DNA of 63,537 nucleotides, the filler included, from Folioceros fuciformis (Eukaryota), in the NCBI GenBank assembly GCA_049999805.1. It is 13 parts of 13 records of this genome, joined end to end, with 100 filler letters (N's around TTAATTAATTAA, not from the genome) between each part and the next. Parts side by side here need not be neighbours in the genome. Positions count along the whole stretch, not along the records: positions 19,706 to 37,885 come from JBNGIO010003811.1; 12 more parts are not named here. One strand, 5' to 3'. A model generated the notes under the pieces. That model was not told the DNA's origin. It made no database searches and was given only the letters and a program-made list of their open reading frames with translations. This document shows, in pieces, positions 24,681 through 36,933 of the stretch; the first letter of the stretch is position 1; each line of letters opens with the position of its first letter. Position numbers and translations under genes: made by a program.

Positions 24681-26389
24681 AGTCCATCCGATCCCATATC
24701 AAGTACGAGGATGGATGCTAGAGCTGAGCGAGAGTAATGAAGTGACAATCCAAGACCATAGCTGAACCGTAACCAACAGCTCTACATCCAAGAGGCATCA
24801 ACCATACACACCAACCTACGCATCTATTCGCATAGCACCCTACACAGACACAAGAACCAACATGAACACTAAATGCTGTAATTAATTCTTAGACCGAATG
24901 AAAACATGAATATATGAATATCTGAAACTTTTCCCATCCTGCTTGCCACTCTTGGCTTTCCTCAACTTGAGGTCTCGGGCCAGAAGGGAGCCTGTAAGTG
25001 AGCCGTCCGTACATGTTTGTATCGTGATATGTATGTACTTTTGGAGTCATGCCCGATTGTCTTTTTCTATGGTTTCTCTTCTCAATACCTACATTCCCTA
25101 CCGCGGCAAGATGTCGGAGATGGACGGCAGGGTTTACCGGACGCGGTGCTTGCTTACCAACGCGGTTCAAATGCAGACATGTTTGTAGGACTTCACAACC
25201 GTATCCCAGTTTTCAATTATTAAGTCTCTCAAATGTAAATATGTACAATGATAACACATGTTACGCTCGATTTCAGCCGAAAGGCCCCGAAAAACCTTCA
25301 CTTTGGCAGGTCAGGTTTCTAACCACCACACAGGTCCAGGCAACCAAGGGTCTCTTCCTCAAACGATATGGGGTAATATGTCCTGCAGGGGTAGCGTCTC
25401 TTCCGAAGCGACGTTTCTTTCATCGTGGTCTTCACTTCCAACGATGCAGCTCAAGGGTAACGGGCGTGCAAAAAAATTGCTTTCAGCGACTGAAATTTGC
25501 TCAGGAGTTTCAAGCTGTGTCTAGGTGCGGTTGTAACATCAGGAGAAGACCCGGTCTTCCAAAGATCACATTGCCAGGCCAGTATTGAAGAATCTAGAAT
25601 AGGTCGAGGATTGAAGGATTACTCCCAAGATTGAGCTGCACCGACATCACCCGTTAGCATATGGGCTATGACTATTTGCCCGCCATCATACTTGGGATGC
25701 AGCTACCTGATGCTGATTCTTTCAGTCCGTAATGTTTGATCTGGTTATTTGCGCGACATCGTACTGTTGACATGTGCAGCAGATTTCTCCACTCACCTAG
25801 CTCATCATGATTAAGCTTCTTAAAGACTTCTGCAGGTCTGGGATGGGTCTACAGCCACAGTGATTCTCTTTGACAAGCTTTCCAAGACTTGCAAGGATAA
25901 CACTCAAGGGAATAAGACTCGGACACAAGAGGTGTCTTCACAAGGTTCGTTTCGCAATGGCTGCAGGGGTGCATTCTCAATCTATTTATTTGCTTTCAAG
26001 GTCGCAGGATGAACCAAACGAAACAAGTTGTATAGTGTCGTAAGGAAAACCCTAAACCAATGTAGTTTCCAGAAATCCAGAGTCTGTTATCTTCTTATTA
26101 TTATTTTCGTCATTGCTGTTGATCCATAGCAAGTTCCCTACCCCATGGTCTGTTGACGTGTCCGTTGATGCTCCAACTCAGAGCTCCTTCTCAAGAACCC
26201 AAGCCGGGCCTGAAAAGGTTGCCTCTCGTCTTGGAAGAGCAAGGTACATATCACCTTCTAATACTGAATCCAACGGGAATTTTCATTGATGCCTTGTGTT
26301 ATCTATGCTTCTCTACAAACTACCTACCTGCACGCGCCCGAATGGTGTGGTCATGCACATCACCTGGGCATTTTGCCAGTCTGTGGTGA

Positions 26390-27760
26390 GATTCGTCTTC
26401 AGACAGCGGTCCCTGAAGGATGTCCACGGTATGCGAACCGGACCTGATGTCCGCCCAACAAACTTTTGGGCACGGGGATTCTGCCAGGATCTTCGGCAAA
26501 TAGATCCTCCGATTGCAGCACTGTAACGAGCCCAGCACGTCCCCTTCTGAGAAATTGTGTGGGTAGGGGCAAGTTACCCAGCGATGCTTGTTGCCACGAG
26601 CAGGAGCAGGAACACGAACGGGACCCTACAATGTGGTGGGACAGAAGACGAGATAAGAGAAGCTCCCCTCCCGTTCGCCTGATTTCCGACGGAAGGGGTC
26701 CGGCGAGGTGCTATGGTTAAACAACATGTTCAAGCCAGCTTGGTTGATGAGCAGCTCCGTTCCTTGGATGTGCAGATGGGCCACGGGGTCTCTCCTTTAT
26801 GAGCCCAGTACGCCGGATGAACCTGAACGTGGGAGGTGTGCAGGGTCGAGAATGAGCGTCGTCACGCCTGGAACCATGAGCATGTTATTTGCATTACACT
26901 GTACTCAAACTGTGTACAGCTAAGAAGGATTTGGTTGTGGGGCGACGAGTTCATGATCTCAGTGCCAAATTCGGGTATGGATGGGCAGAAAGGTGCACAG
27001 TGATGTGGTGCAGAGTCATTCCTACTAACTTGTTTGTTGCCATTGGCACCTGCCTGGTGGACATGTATACAAATGTGGCCAACTGGATGATGCACAAAAG
27101 GTTTTTGACAGCTTAGCCACCAAGAATGTGGTGACATGGACCACCCTGATTGCTGGGTATGCACAGCAAGGGTGCGGGCATGAGGCACTTGCCGTGTATG
27201 GACAAATGGAGCAGGAGGGCCTGGTTTTGGCTAACCATGCTACTTTTGCTTGCCTTCTGGAGGTCTGTGCAAGCCCAAGCGCCTTACAGAAGGGTAGGCA
27301 GCTGCATTCACAGGGTGTCGAAAGAGGACTCCTGCATGATGTAGTGGTGGGCACCTGCCGGGTGGACATGTGTGCAAAATGTGGTGAACTAAAGGATGCA
27401 CGCCAGGTTTTTGACGCCATGGCCACCAAGGATGTGGTGTCATGGACAGTGCTGGTGGCTGGGCATGGACAGACGGAGCAGGAAGATCTGCTTCTGGCTG
27501 ACCATGCTACTTTTGCTTGCCTTCTCGAGGCCTGTGCAAGACTTTTGCCCTACAGATGGGCAGGCGGCTGCACTCACAGATTGTTGAAAGAGGACTGCAG
27601 GATGACGTGGTGGTGAGCTCCTGCCTGGTCGACGTGTACGCAAAATTGGGTGAACTGGAAGATGCACGCCAGGTTTTTGACATGAACAGAAAGAATGTGG
27701 TGACATGGAATGCCCTCATCGTCGGGTACGTACAGCATGGGCTTGGTCGTGTGTCTTCCA
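26390..27760 (+). pseudogene. Truncated, frameshifted paralog of the PPR gene at 34033
   Basis: Nucleotide-level match to 34013-35990 (MWWDRRRDKRSS, VLWLNNMFKPAW, LKLCTAKKDLVVGRRVHDL, NVVTWTTLIAGYAQQG). Deletions and frameshifts; no E/DYW. Confidence 0.88.
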
Positions 27761-28159
27761 CAAGAGCTTGTACATAGCACTTGTACAAAGTGCATGTCAT
27801 GAATTAATCAATACTGTGAAATGGTGGTTCCGCCTTTAGCAGGGCATGCTCCTGGGATGTCTGCGGGGGAAGATGGGCCACGTACTGAGCACAGACCTAC
27901 ACCAGTCAGAATCAGGCTATACTCTTAGTTCGTATCCTGTACGCAAACTAACAATCAAACACTAATGACTACACAAGGTTTAAGACTTGGAATGTTGTGA
28001 CTATCCAGTTCTTGGCCTTTGTGCAGTCGTGGTCTAAGGCTCATCAATGGAACTTCCTAGCATGGTCCTGTCGGCTTAGACACTATACTTCTCACATGCC
28101 ATCGCCATGAATAAATTCCTCAGAATGTCTACCAATATGGCGTCAAGTGCTTAGAATTG

Positions 28160-28300
28160 TCCTGAATTGCCAGGTGACATAATGGAAGAAGTATTGCAGA
28201 GATTGCCGATTACATTGCAAACTCGCTGCCAATCGATCTACAAGGATTGGCAGGCTGTGGTCACAGATTCAGGATTTCTAGGTCGGATCTTTCTCCAAGC
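28160..28300 (+). pseudogene. F-box gene remnant
   Basis: ELPGDIMEEVLQRLPITLQTRCQSIYKDWQAVVTDSGFL resembles the F-box consensus; upstream in-frame stop and no clear continuation. Confidence 0.55.
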
Positions 28301-29191
28301 CTTGGAATCACATACAATGCCACACTTTAGGCTCCACACAGGCAAGCTCCACACAGCCACGCTCCACAGCTGTTGGGAAACCCGGCGCACCCCCGTCGCA
28401 TACTGTCCCGTATTCTTAGCCGCATGGGTAGTGTTCGGCTATAGCCGACGGCATATTTATGTACTTTCAATTCAATCAATGCATGAAAGCGGATCCCAGT
28501 TCGTCCCATCGATGTCGTAGCCAAAGCGCATTGGTACGAATTCACAGCATGCTGCAGATGGGAATACGCCGGGTGGAGCTTTAGGTCTTCCCACGTGAAA
28601 GGAATGGACAGACAAATCACTCCGCATATGTTGTATGTATTACTGTATGCATGGCAGTGTCAGGGGACGAAAAGCCGCTTTATGGATCCGGGGCTGGGAG
28701 GTGAAAGAATTCAATATTATTATATAGTACGACAGAACTGACCGAGCAGGTGTGGGGCGCACCCGACCCGGTTCGGGCTGCCACCAAGTGGGAGGATGAT
28801 GCCGCCTAATAAATGATATAGAAACTGAAATATGTATGTGTGTGGGAGACCAGAGGCGGACAAGGCTGTGGCACGAGTCCACGGGCGCGGAAGCCACACC
28901 GACCCGGGCCTGCCTCATTTGACGCCTTCTGGCAGGGATCTGATTGCTTGCGGCCTACGCGCCGCGTGAGGCGGATCCCGGCTCGACCTCGGGCTCGTTG
29001 GTGTGCAGCACTGTATTTGCTGCGGAGGGGCAGCTGGGACGGCGAATCGCGGGTTGCTGCAACACAGACTGGAGGCGGATTTGCGTGTGGCAGACGGGAT
29101 TGGAGACGTGCATGCCGCGGAGCTGGGCAGACGGGGTCGGAGCGGCGGGTCGCGGAGCAAGCGGGCGGGAGTGAGGGAGGGTTTGGTTGCC

Positions 29192-32100
29192 ATGGATCGT
29201 AATCACATGACGCCGGTGTTGCTTCTGCTGCTGATGGGATGTGTGGCGGTGGCGGAGGCCAGGTTTGTTGTGGAGGAGAACAGCATCACCGTCGCCTCTC
29301 CCGCCTCCGCTGACAAGAAGAGCTACAACAGTGCTATCGGCAACTTCGGCGTGCCGCACTACGGCGGGATCATGCTCGGGAACGTCGTTTACCCTGGGGA
29401 AAATTCCATGGCCTGCGTTCCCTTCTCCACCAGCGTCAAGAACCCCATGCCCGGCGCGCTGCCGACTATTCTGCTCACGGATCGCGGAGGTTGTCGTCTG
29501 GTGTACGCTGTTTGATTTAGTACGCTGGTGTGGCGTGTCTTGTTTTGATCTGATTTGTCGGCGTGGTATCGCGCCGTAGCTCGTGATGGTGGATGTCGTC
29601 GGTCTGCGTGTACGGAATGTGTGTGGAATGTGTGTTTGGATGGAAACTTGTGAGCTTGATGTATTCCGGTCGGAAGTCCGCGCTTGAGCGTTTTGATCAG
29701 GGTTTTTGAGACAGTTATGCCGTCGAGCGACCAGGAGGCTCTGGTCGGTCGTCGGTTATTGTCGGAGAAAGTATCCTGACCAAGTCTGGATCTCGCTTGG
29801 CTGGCGGGTGCAGATTGTTTCTTTGCGAAGAAGGTGTGGAACGCGCAGCAAGCTGGAGCGGCGGCTGTTCTCGTGGCTGATGACAGGCCCGAACTGCTTA
29901 TCACTATGGATCAACCGGATTCGGATGCAGACGCGTACATGTACTTGCTGAATATCAGCATCCCGTCCGCGCTTATTGAGCAGAGCTTTGGGGACCAGCT
30001 CAAGAAGTGGCTGTCTTCCAAAACGGAGATGGTGACCCTGAATCTGGACTGGAGAGAGTCGCTGCCGCATCCCGACAATCGTGTGGAGTACGAGTTGTGG
30101 ACTAACAGTAACGATCAATGTGGGCCGAAGTGTGATAACATTATGGGATTTTTAAAGGATTTCAAAGGTGCTGCGGAGATACTTGAGCAAGGTTCCTATG
30201 TGGAGTTTACCCCTCATTATATAACGTGGTATTGCCCTCAGGCTTACTTGTTTAGCAAGCAGTGCAAGGCCCAGTGCATCAACAATGGCAGATATTGTGC
30301 TCCTGATCCTGAGCAGGACTTCACCATCGGTTACGACGGCAAGGATGTCGTGACAGAGAATTTAAGGCAGCTATGTGTGTTCAAGGTTGGAAAAGAGAAG
30401 CTGCAAAAGCCATGGGTGTGGTGGAATTATGTAACGGATTTCCAGATTAGGTGCCCTATGAAACAGCAGAAGTACAACAGGGCCTGTGCAGAAGAAGTCA
30501 TCAAGTCGCTTGGTCTGTTCCATTTCTCATTCTAGCACCCATAGATGCTTCCCTACTCAATTTGCAGCAGGCAGAAGCACCATGAATAACGTCCTTGGTT
30601 TGACCTTTTACAGGCCTACCGCTGGATGACATCAATCGATGTATGGGTGACCCTGAGGCCAATTTGGACAACGAGGTTTTGCTGAAGGAACAGGATGCAC
30701 AGGTGAAACATTTGGTCTCTTGTTTCGGATGCAGTGTAGAAGGAGTCCATCTTACAGATTGTGTTTCCTCGTGGGACATTTGCCTTTCATTGATGCATCT
30801 CTGTGACACACGTTGATAGGTTGGACAAGGAGATCGTGGAGATGTCACAATACTGCCCACGCTTGTCATCAACCAGAGGCAATACAGAGGTTTGTTGTCT
30901 GTCTGTCTGTGCTTTTGTGCATTATTCTTGCTTTAGGAGCCGCGTATCTGAGTCGAGGTTGACTTCAGGAAAGTTGGAAAGTTCGGCAGTTCTGAAGGCC
31001 ATTTGCTCAGGGTTCCAGGAAGGAACTGAACCCTCAATCTGTTTGAACGGAGGTGCGTTTATTAGTTTCATGGCAAAGTGGACGGTGTTATCGCTCATTG
31101 CAAAGAGTGCTGGATTAATTTTGTATCCTTCGTCAGGCATAGAGACAAATGAATGTCTGACGAATAATGGTGGCTGCTGGCAAAATACAAAGCAGAATAT
31201 TACGGCATGCAAAGTATGACCACTCCACCCCCTACACCTGTAAACAAAGTCTGTGTCATCTCTGGATTTGATCTGATCGCTATACTCGTCTGGAGTGGGC
31301 AGGACACATTCCGTGGTCGAGTTTGTCAGTGTCCTGTGGTTGCTGGCGTTCAATTTCAGGGTGATGGCTACAGCTCGTGCGAACGTAAGTTACAAGACGG
31401 GTTGGTAGAATACCACGGGAAGCAAGCAGTTGTGCTGCTGGTAATGCCTAATGCTGTCTACTAACTGGAGTTTTGTTTCAGCAATTGGCACCGGGCGTTG
31501 CACTATTGAAAATGGTGGTTGTTGGAAAGAGACAAGGGACGTTGTAACCTTTTCTGCTTGTTCGGTGAGTGGACTCTCCCCTTTGGTTTGTGGTGAATGA
31601 GGTCTGCGTAATCTATTCTGCACTGTTGACTCCTGGCTGTGTGTGGCAGGATTTGAAGCTGCAAGGATGCGAATGTCCCAGTGGCTTCAAGGGCGATGGG
31701 GTTAACAGCTGTGTTGGTACGTCCGGACCCTGGCCATAACAATCGCTGTCATTGTCAACCTTGTAATTGTTGCGATTTGACTTGACGTTTCGAGTCATGC
31801 TGTCGTTGGCCGATTGTGACGAGCTGAAAGGGTCCGCGTGTTGCCTGCTTTGGTGCGTCATCAGATATCGACGAGTGTTCAGAGAAAACAGCGTGCACAT
31901 GCTCACAGTGCTCATGCAAGAACACATGGGGTAGCTATGATTGTTCATGCTTAGGGTCTCCCGATCTCCTATATATTCGCGAGCAGGATACCTGCATAAG
32001 TAAGTTGAAGAAGGTCGTTCTTTTGGGTTGTAGGGTTCTTTGTTCTAGTTAGTAGGGTACAGTCCGACGGGTTTCAAATGCCCGTGACCTTCATTGTGGC

Positions 32101-32407
32101 GCTTGTTCCAGGTAAATCAGAACAGGTCTCCAGAGTTGGCTGGCTGGTGACTCTGGTAGTGTTTGGTGCCTTGGCTATTGTTGGTGTGGGTGGCTACGTC
32201 GTCTACAAGTACAGGCTGCGGGTAAGCATTGCGTGTCCATCTGTTTTATAGGCCTGTTGCGTGTGGCGAACCAGCACTAACCGAGGAGAATTCTGGTGTT
32301 CCGTGCAGTCGTACATGGATTCGGAGATTAGGGCAATCATGGCGCAGTATATGCCTTTGGACAGCCAAGGTGATGTACACCAGCATCTAGCTGAGGAGGG
32401 AAGGTAG
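29192..32407 (+). CDS. VSR: Vacuolar sorting receptor (BP-80/VSR), multi-exon
   Basis: Signal peptide plus [23 protein letters not shown] domain, [21 protein letters not shown], three EGF repeats, TM and the [17 protein letters not shown] tail. GT-AG introns (e.g. 29490-29813); stop TAG at 32405-32407. Confidence 0.96.
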
Positions 32408-34032
32408 GAATTAATGTATCGTCAGGCGTACACAGCTGTGTGTAAGTTGTAACTGTCCGTCAAATGCTTTTGACTCCGGCGTCGTTTGAAATCGGGGTTT
32501 TGTCCATGAGGCCAATGACCCAGTGGCTGCACGGGTGTAAAGGTTTTAGGACTTCCAAGCCGCCTCTGCCCAAGTCAGGACTCGGCACCTGCCTTAAGCG
32601 GTCGCTGGCCAGACTCGCGGAGAACTGGTTGTTATTCCGTGATTTGGTAATCGCGGGTGTACCATATCAAGTACAAGTCTGTGTCGAATGAATCGAAGGC
32701 AACGCAACTGCTATCCGGCTCCTCTTTCGTTATGTAGGTCGTCATTATTAAATTACTAATCGCCGTAAGAATTGGCGGGCCTTTCACTTTCTTTCTCTCT
32801 TCTTTTTTGTTTTTTCAATGATTGAATAATGTTATAAATGCGTGTCAGAAATGGTGTAAGTCACACCTGGAAGGGGCCAGCTAAATAATATGTAGGTAGT
32901 ACTGCACGTAGTCAGGCGTAGAACGTTTTGTCCAAGTCCACCATGGAACCCTAAACCCTAACCTCCGCGTTTTTCTTACGTGTCGACGACAGAAAGAGGA
33001 CACTTTTTACAGTACATGGCACACGTGTGCGAACTACAGTATGTATAGGACACCGGTTACTCCAGACCCTGCATGTGCCGAACCATGTCACGTCTACTTC
33101 TCTACCTTCCAGTTCGTCATTGATTGAAATGGGCAATTTTGATTAAAATTGTTAATATATTTGGATTAGTTATAACAAAAAAAAAAAGAAGGCTCAAAAG
33201 TCTGAATCCCACATGATGTGGACTCCATCCTGCTTCAGCCGCTCATTCGTGTTCTCCCACCGGAGGTGTGATGGGCCACATTGTTCCGGCGTGGAATCAA
33301 AGTGGTTGTCACTCTCGTGAACCAGCATCTAGGGATCTTCTTAAAACCAAAAGTGCTCCAAAACTCACATCCGCCTGCAACTAGCCAACAAACTCTGAGT
33401 CTAAACCAGAGCTAAGACTAAGATATTTGCTCGTTCAGGAGCAGCTCCTTTGAAAACCGTGCGTCTTTCTTGATAGCTAGGGAATGCACTGTGTTGCCAA
33501 TCCATTGCCTTTTCTTCGATTTTGTAGGAGAAAGGGCAAGAGTACTTGCATTTCATCTAAAAGGGCTGATGGGGGCTCAGTTCCCAGTCCAAGTCCCTGC
33601 CCACCGTTTGGTGGAAATCGAAGGACTTGACGGCCAAGTCTGGACGTATCGGGAACTGACGAGGTGAGAAGACGAGCTCGTCAGAAGCTCAGGAAATGGG
33701 TTGCAGGTGCCAAGGCTGTATTCTCCGGTGCAGGTCCAGGTTCAGGTCCAGGTTCGGGTTCGGGCTCGGGTACCAATGTCCAGGTGAGGTGCACGAGCCA
33801 AATGCTACCATCTCCAGTTACTATCCAGCCTTGCTATGCTGCAGCAATTTGCCAGTTCCTGAGCACAGCTGAACTGCCTCCTGCTGAACAGGTTTGTAGG
33901 GACTGCCATTCTCGGTCCAGGTCAGGCCACCAACCCTGGCCTGGCCGCAGTGAAGGGTTGATGGGCGTGTAGAGGACTTGTTTGTGAGCGGACTGCTCTG
34001 GTCCGTGCGCCTCAGACAGCGGTCTCTGAACC

Positions 34033-36933
34033 ATGGCCACAGGATGGCGACCGGATCCGGTGTGCACTATACCAATTGGGGACTGGACAGGGATGCTACC
34101 AGGAGCTCCTCCTAACCTCGTTGGTGGAAGTCGACCCCTGGCAAGCAAAGCCTCCAGGTTCAGCAGTGTAAGGGGAAAGTGTGTGGGTAGGGACAAGTTT
34201 TCCAGCAATGGTCCTTGGCAGGAGCAGGAGCAACTGTGGCAATACTTTTTTGTGGACCCGAGCATGTGGTGGGGCAGCAGACCAGATATGAGGAGCTCCC
34301 GCTCGCCTGACTTCCGGCGTAACAGGTCCGGTGAGGTGTTGTGGTTAAACAACATGTTGAAGCCAGCTTCGGTTGATGAGCAGCTCGTTTCCTTGGATAT
34401 GCAGATGGGCCACGGTGCCGCTACTTCCAAGTGGAACTCTCCGGGTAATTTTGAATCTAGAAGGCGCGCGGGTTGGGATGTGGGCTCTCGGTGCAGCAGT
34501 GTAAGCAGCCCAGCGCATGTCCATTCGAGAAAATGTGCAGGTGGGGATGGGATTGTCAACGACGGTCGTCGCCAGGAGGAAGAGCTCTTGTGGCAACAAT
34601 TCTTCATGGACCCGTCAATGTGGTGGGATAACAGACGAGAGAAGAAGAGCTCCCGTTCGCCTGACTTCCGTAGTAGGGGGTACGACAAGGTGCTATGGTT
34701 GAACAACATGTTCAAGCCAGCTTGGGTTGATGAGCAGCTCAGTTTATTGGATATGCAGATGGCCCATGCTGCCTCTCCTTCCGAGTCCAGGGATACGAGG
34801 GGCGTCGTTACTGCTGTCACGGTGAGCATGCTATGTGAGCAGGGGAAGCTTTCTGAGGCCGTTGGAGCCCTGGAATCTCTAGCGCACACAGGCTCTGATG
34901 TTTCTCAGTCTCTGTTTTACACTGTGTTGAAACTGTGTACGGATAAGAAGGATTTGGTCGTTGGCCGTAGAGTTCATGATCTGGCTGCCAAACTTGGTTA
35001 CGAGTCCAGTGCATACTTGGGGAACCATGTCTTGCGAATTTATGCATGCGAAGGCAAGCTAGAGGAGGCTATGGATGTGTTCACCAGGGTGGGCAAACCG
35101 AACGTCCTCATGTGGTTTTCCATAATCTCTGCACATGCTAAGCATGGGAAACCCAAGGAGGCCATACAACTCTACCATGAGATGCGCAGGTCAGGAGTGA
35201 AGGTGAATGGTCACGTTTTTGTAGCTACCCTTCAGGCTTGCGCGCTTGCTGCCGACTTGGAATCCGGCAGAAAAGTGCACCGTCACATCTTGCGCAGTGG
35301 CACTCATATTAACTTGTTTGTTGGAAACTGCCTCGTGGACATGTACGCAAAATGTGGCCAGCTACAAGATGCACGCCAGGTTTTTGAAAGCATGGCCAAG
35401 AAGGATGTGGTGACATGGAATGCTCTGATTGCTGGGTATGCACAGCAAGGACTGAGCCAAGAGGCGTTCGTTGTGTATGGACAAATGGAGCAGAACGGCC
35501 TCATTTTGGCTAACCATGTCACTTTTGCTTGCCTGCTGAAGGCCTGCGCAAGTACTGGCGCCTTACAGAAGGGCAGGCAGCTGCACTTGCAGATTGTTGA
35601 AAGAGGACTGATGGATAACGTAGTGTTGGGCACCTGCTTGGTGGACATGTATGCAAAATGTGGTGAAATGGAAGATGCACGCCAGGTCTTTGACAGCATG
35701 GCTACAAAGGATGTGGTGACATGGAATGCCCTCATTGCAGGGTACACACAGCAAGGACTCGGCCGAGAAGCACTTCTTCTGTATGCACAAATGGAGGAAG
35801 CAGGCCTTATCTCGGCTGACCATGTTACTTTTGCTTGCCTTCTGAAGGCCTGTGGAAGCAGCGGCGCCTTACAGAAGGGCCGGCAGCTGCACTCGCAGTT
35901 GGTCGAAAAGGGACTGCTGGATAACGCAGTAGTAGGCACCTGCCTGGTGGACATGTATGCAAAATGTGGTGAACTGGAAGATGCACGACAGGTCTTTGAC
36001 AGGTTGGTCGCAAAGGATGTGGTGACATGGAACGCCCTGATATCTGGGTACGGTGCTTGTGATGCAGGTCGCAAGGCACTGGCTTGTTTCGAGCAGATGT
36101 TGGTTGCCGGTGTCAAGCCTGATGATGCAACTTTCACTTGCCTTCTAGTGGCATGCAGTCACGAGGGACTGGTCCGTGAGGGTCGCAAACTCTTCGATTC
36201 CATGTCCGAACAGCATGGCATCGAACCAACTCTTGAACATCACAACTGCATGATTGACCTTCTCGGGCGCGCTGGCCACTTAGACGAGGCAGAAATGATG
36301 CTCTTGTCTCGTGAGGGCCGAAGCAATGCTGTGGGCTTGAGGGCTCTGTTGAATGCGTGCAAGATTCACGGAGACATAGAGAGGGCGACTTGGTGTTTCA
36401 AAAGCATTGTGACCTTGGACCCTCGAGACGCGCTGGCATATGTGCTCATGGCCAACGCCTATGCCGATGCAGGTCGGTGGTCCGACGTGGACACGATCGA
36501 AACACGCAGAAGGGTAGCAAAAGCTACCAAGAAACCTGCAGTGGCAACCATTGAGGTGGACAAGGAGGTACACCGATTCCTGGTGGGAGACAGGAGCGAG
36601 GACATCGCGCTGAAGCTCGAGAGCACTAACACACGTGCGAAGCAGGAAGGAGGCCACGTTCCTCACACAAAGTTGGTGTTGAAGCCCTGGTGTGAGCAGG
36701 AGAAGGAAGATGCGCTTTGCGGTCACGCCGAGAAGCTAGCTTTGGCGTTTGGTCTCTTGCACACTCCGAGTGGGACGCCTTTGGGGGTAACGAAGAATCT
36801 ACGCATGTGCAGCGACTGCCACAGTTCTACGGAGATCATGTCAAGGCTTGAACGGAGAGACATTGTGGTGAGGGACGGCTACCGAGTGCACCGATTTGCA
36901 GACGGTTGTTGCAGTTGCAAGCGTCGGCCGTGA
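34033..36933 (+). CDS. PLS-class PPR protein with E1/E2 and DYW:KP-type deaminase-like domain (candidate U-to-C RNA editing factor), with two N-terminal PDF-like motifs
   Basis: Intronless 966-aa ORF with ~14 P/L/S motifs; KKPAVATIEV, GHAEKLA, CSDCH; terminus CCSCKRRP. Confidence 0.93.
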   Translation: MATGWRPDPVCTIPIGDWTGMLPGAPPNLVGGSRPLASKASRFSSVRGKCVGRDKFSSNGPWQEQEQLWQYFFVDPSMWWGSRPDMRSSRSPDFRRNRSGEVLWLNNMLKPASVDEQLVSLDMQMGHGAATSKWNSPGNFESRRRAGWDVGSRCSSVSSPAHVHSRKCAGGDGIVNDGRRQEEELLWQQFFMDPSMWWDNRREKKSSRSPDFRSRGYDKVLWLNNMFKPAWVDEQLSLLDMQMAHAASPSESRDTRGVVTAVTVSMLCEQGKLSEAVGALESLAHTGSDVSQSLFYTVLKLCTDKKDLVVGRRVHDLAAKLGYESSAYLGNHVLRIYACEGKLEEAMDVFTRVGKPNVLMWFSIISAHAKHGKPKEAIQLYHEMRRSGVKVNGHVFVATLQACALAADLESGRKVHRHILRSGTHINLFVGNCLVDMYAKCGQLQDARQVFESMAKKDVVTWNALIAGYAQQGLSQEAFVVYGQMEQNGLILANHVTFACLLKACASTGALQKGRQLHLQIVERGLMDNVVLGTCLVDMYAKCGEMEDARQVFDSMATKDVVTWNALIAGYTQQGLGREALLLYAQMEEAGLISADHVTFACLLKACGSSGALQKGRQLHSQLVEKGLLDNAVVGTCLVDMYAKCGELEDARQVFDRLVAKDVVTWNALISGYGACDAGRKALACFEQMLVAGVKPDDATFTCLLVACSHEGLVREGRKLFDSMSEQHGIEPTLEHHNCMIDLLGRAGHLDEAEMMLLSREGRSNAVGLRALLNACKIHGDIERATWCFKSIVTLDPRDALAYVLMANAYADAGRWSDVDTIETRRRVAKATKKPAVATIEVDKEVHRFLVGDRSEDIALKLESTNTRAKQEGGHVPHTKLVLKPWCEQEKEDALCGHAEKLALAFGLLHTPSGTPLGVTKNLRMCSDCHSSTEIMSRLERRDIVVRDGYRVHRFADGCCSCKRRP

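Noticed and set aside
25049-25950. 179-aa ORF and exon-like pieces (DGSTATVILFDK)
   Set aside because: Weak OB-fold-like impression only; no coherent gene model can be built by eye.
33664-33972. Upstream ORF with GPGS repeats in frame with the PPR gene
   Set aside because: Separated by three in-frame stops; the GS tract is a hexamer microsatellite.
35304-36137. Long antisense ORFs over PPR, LRR and VSR genes
   Set aside because: Shadow frames of repetitive, GC-rich coding sequence.
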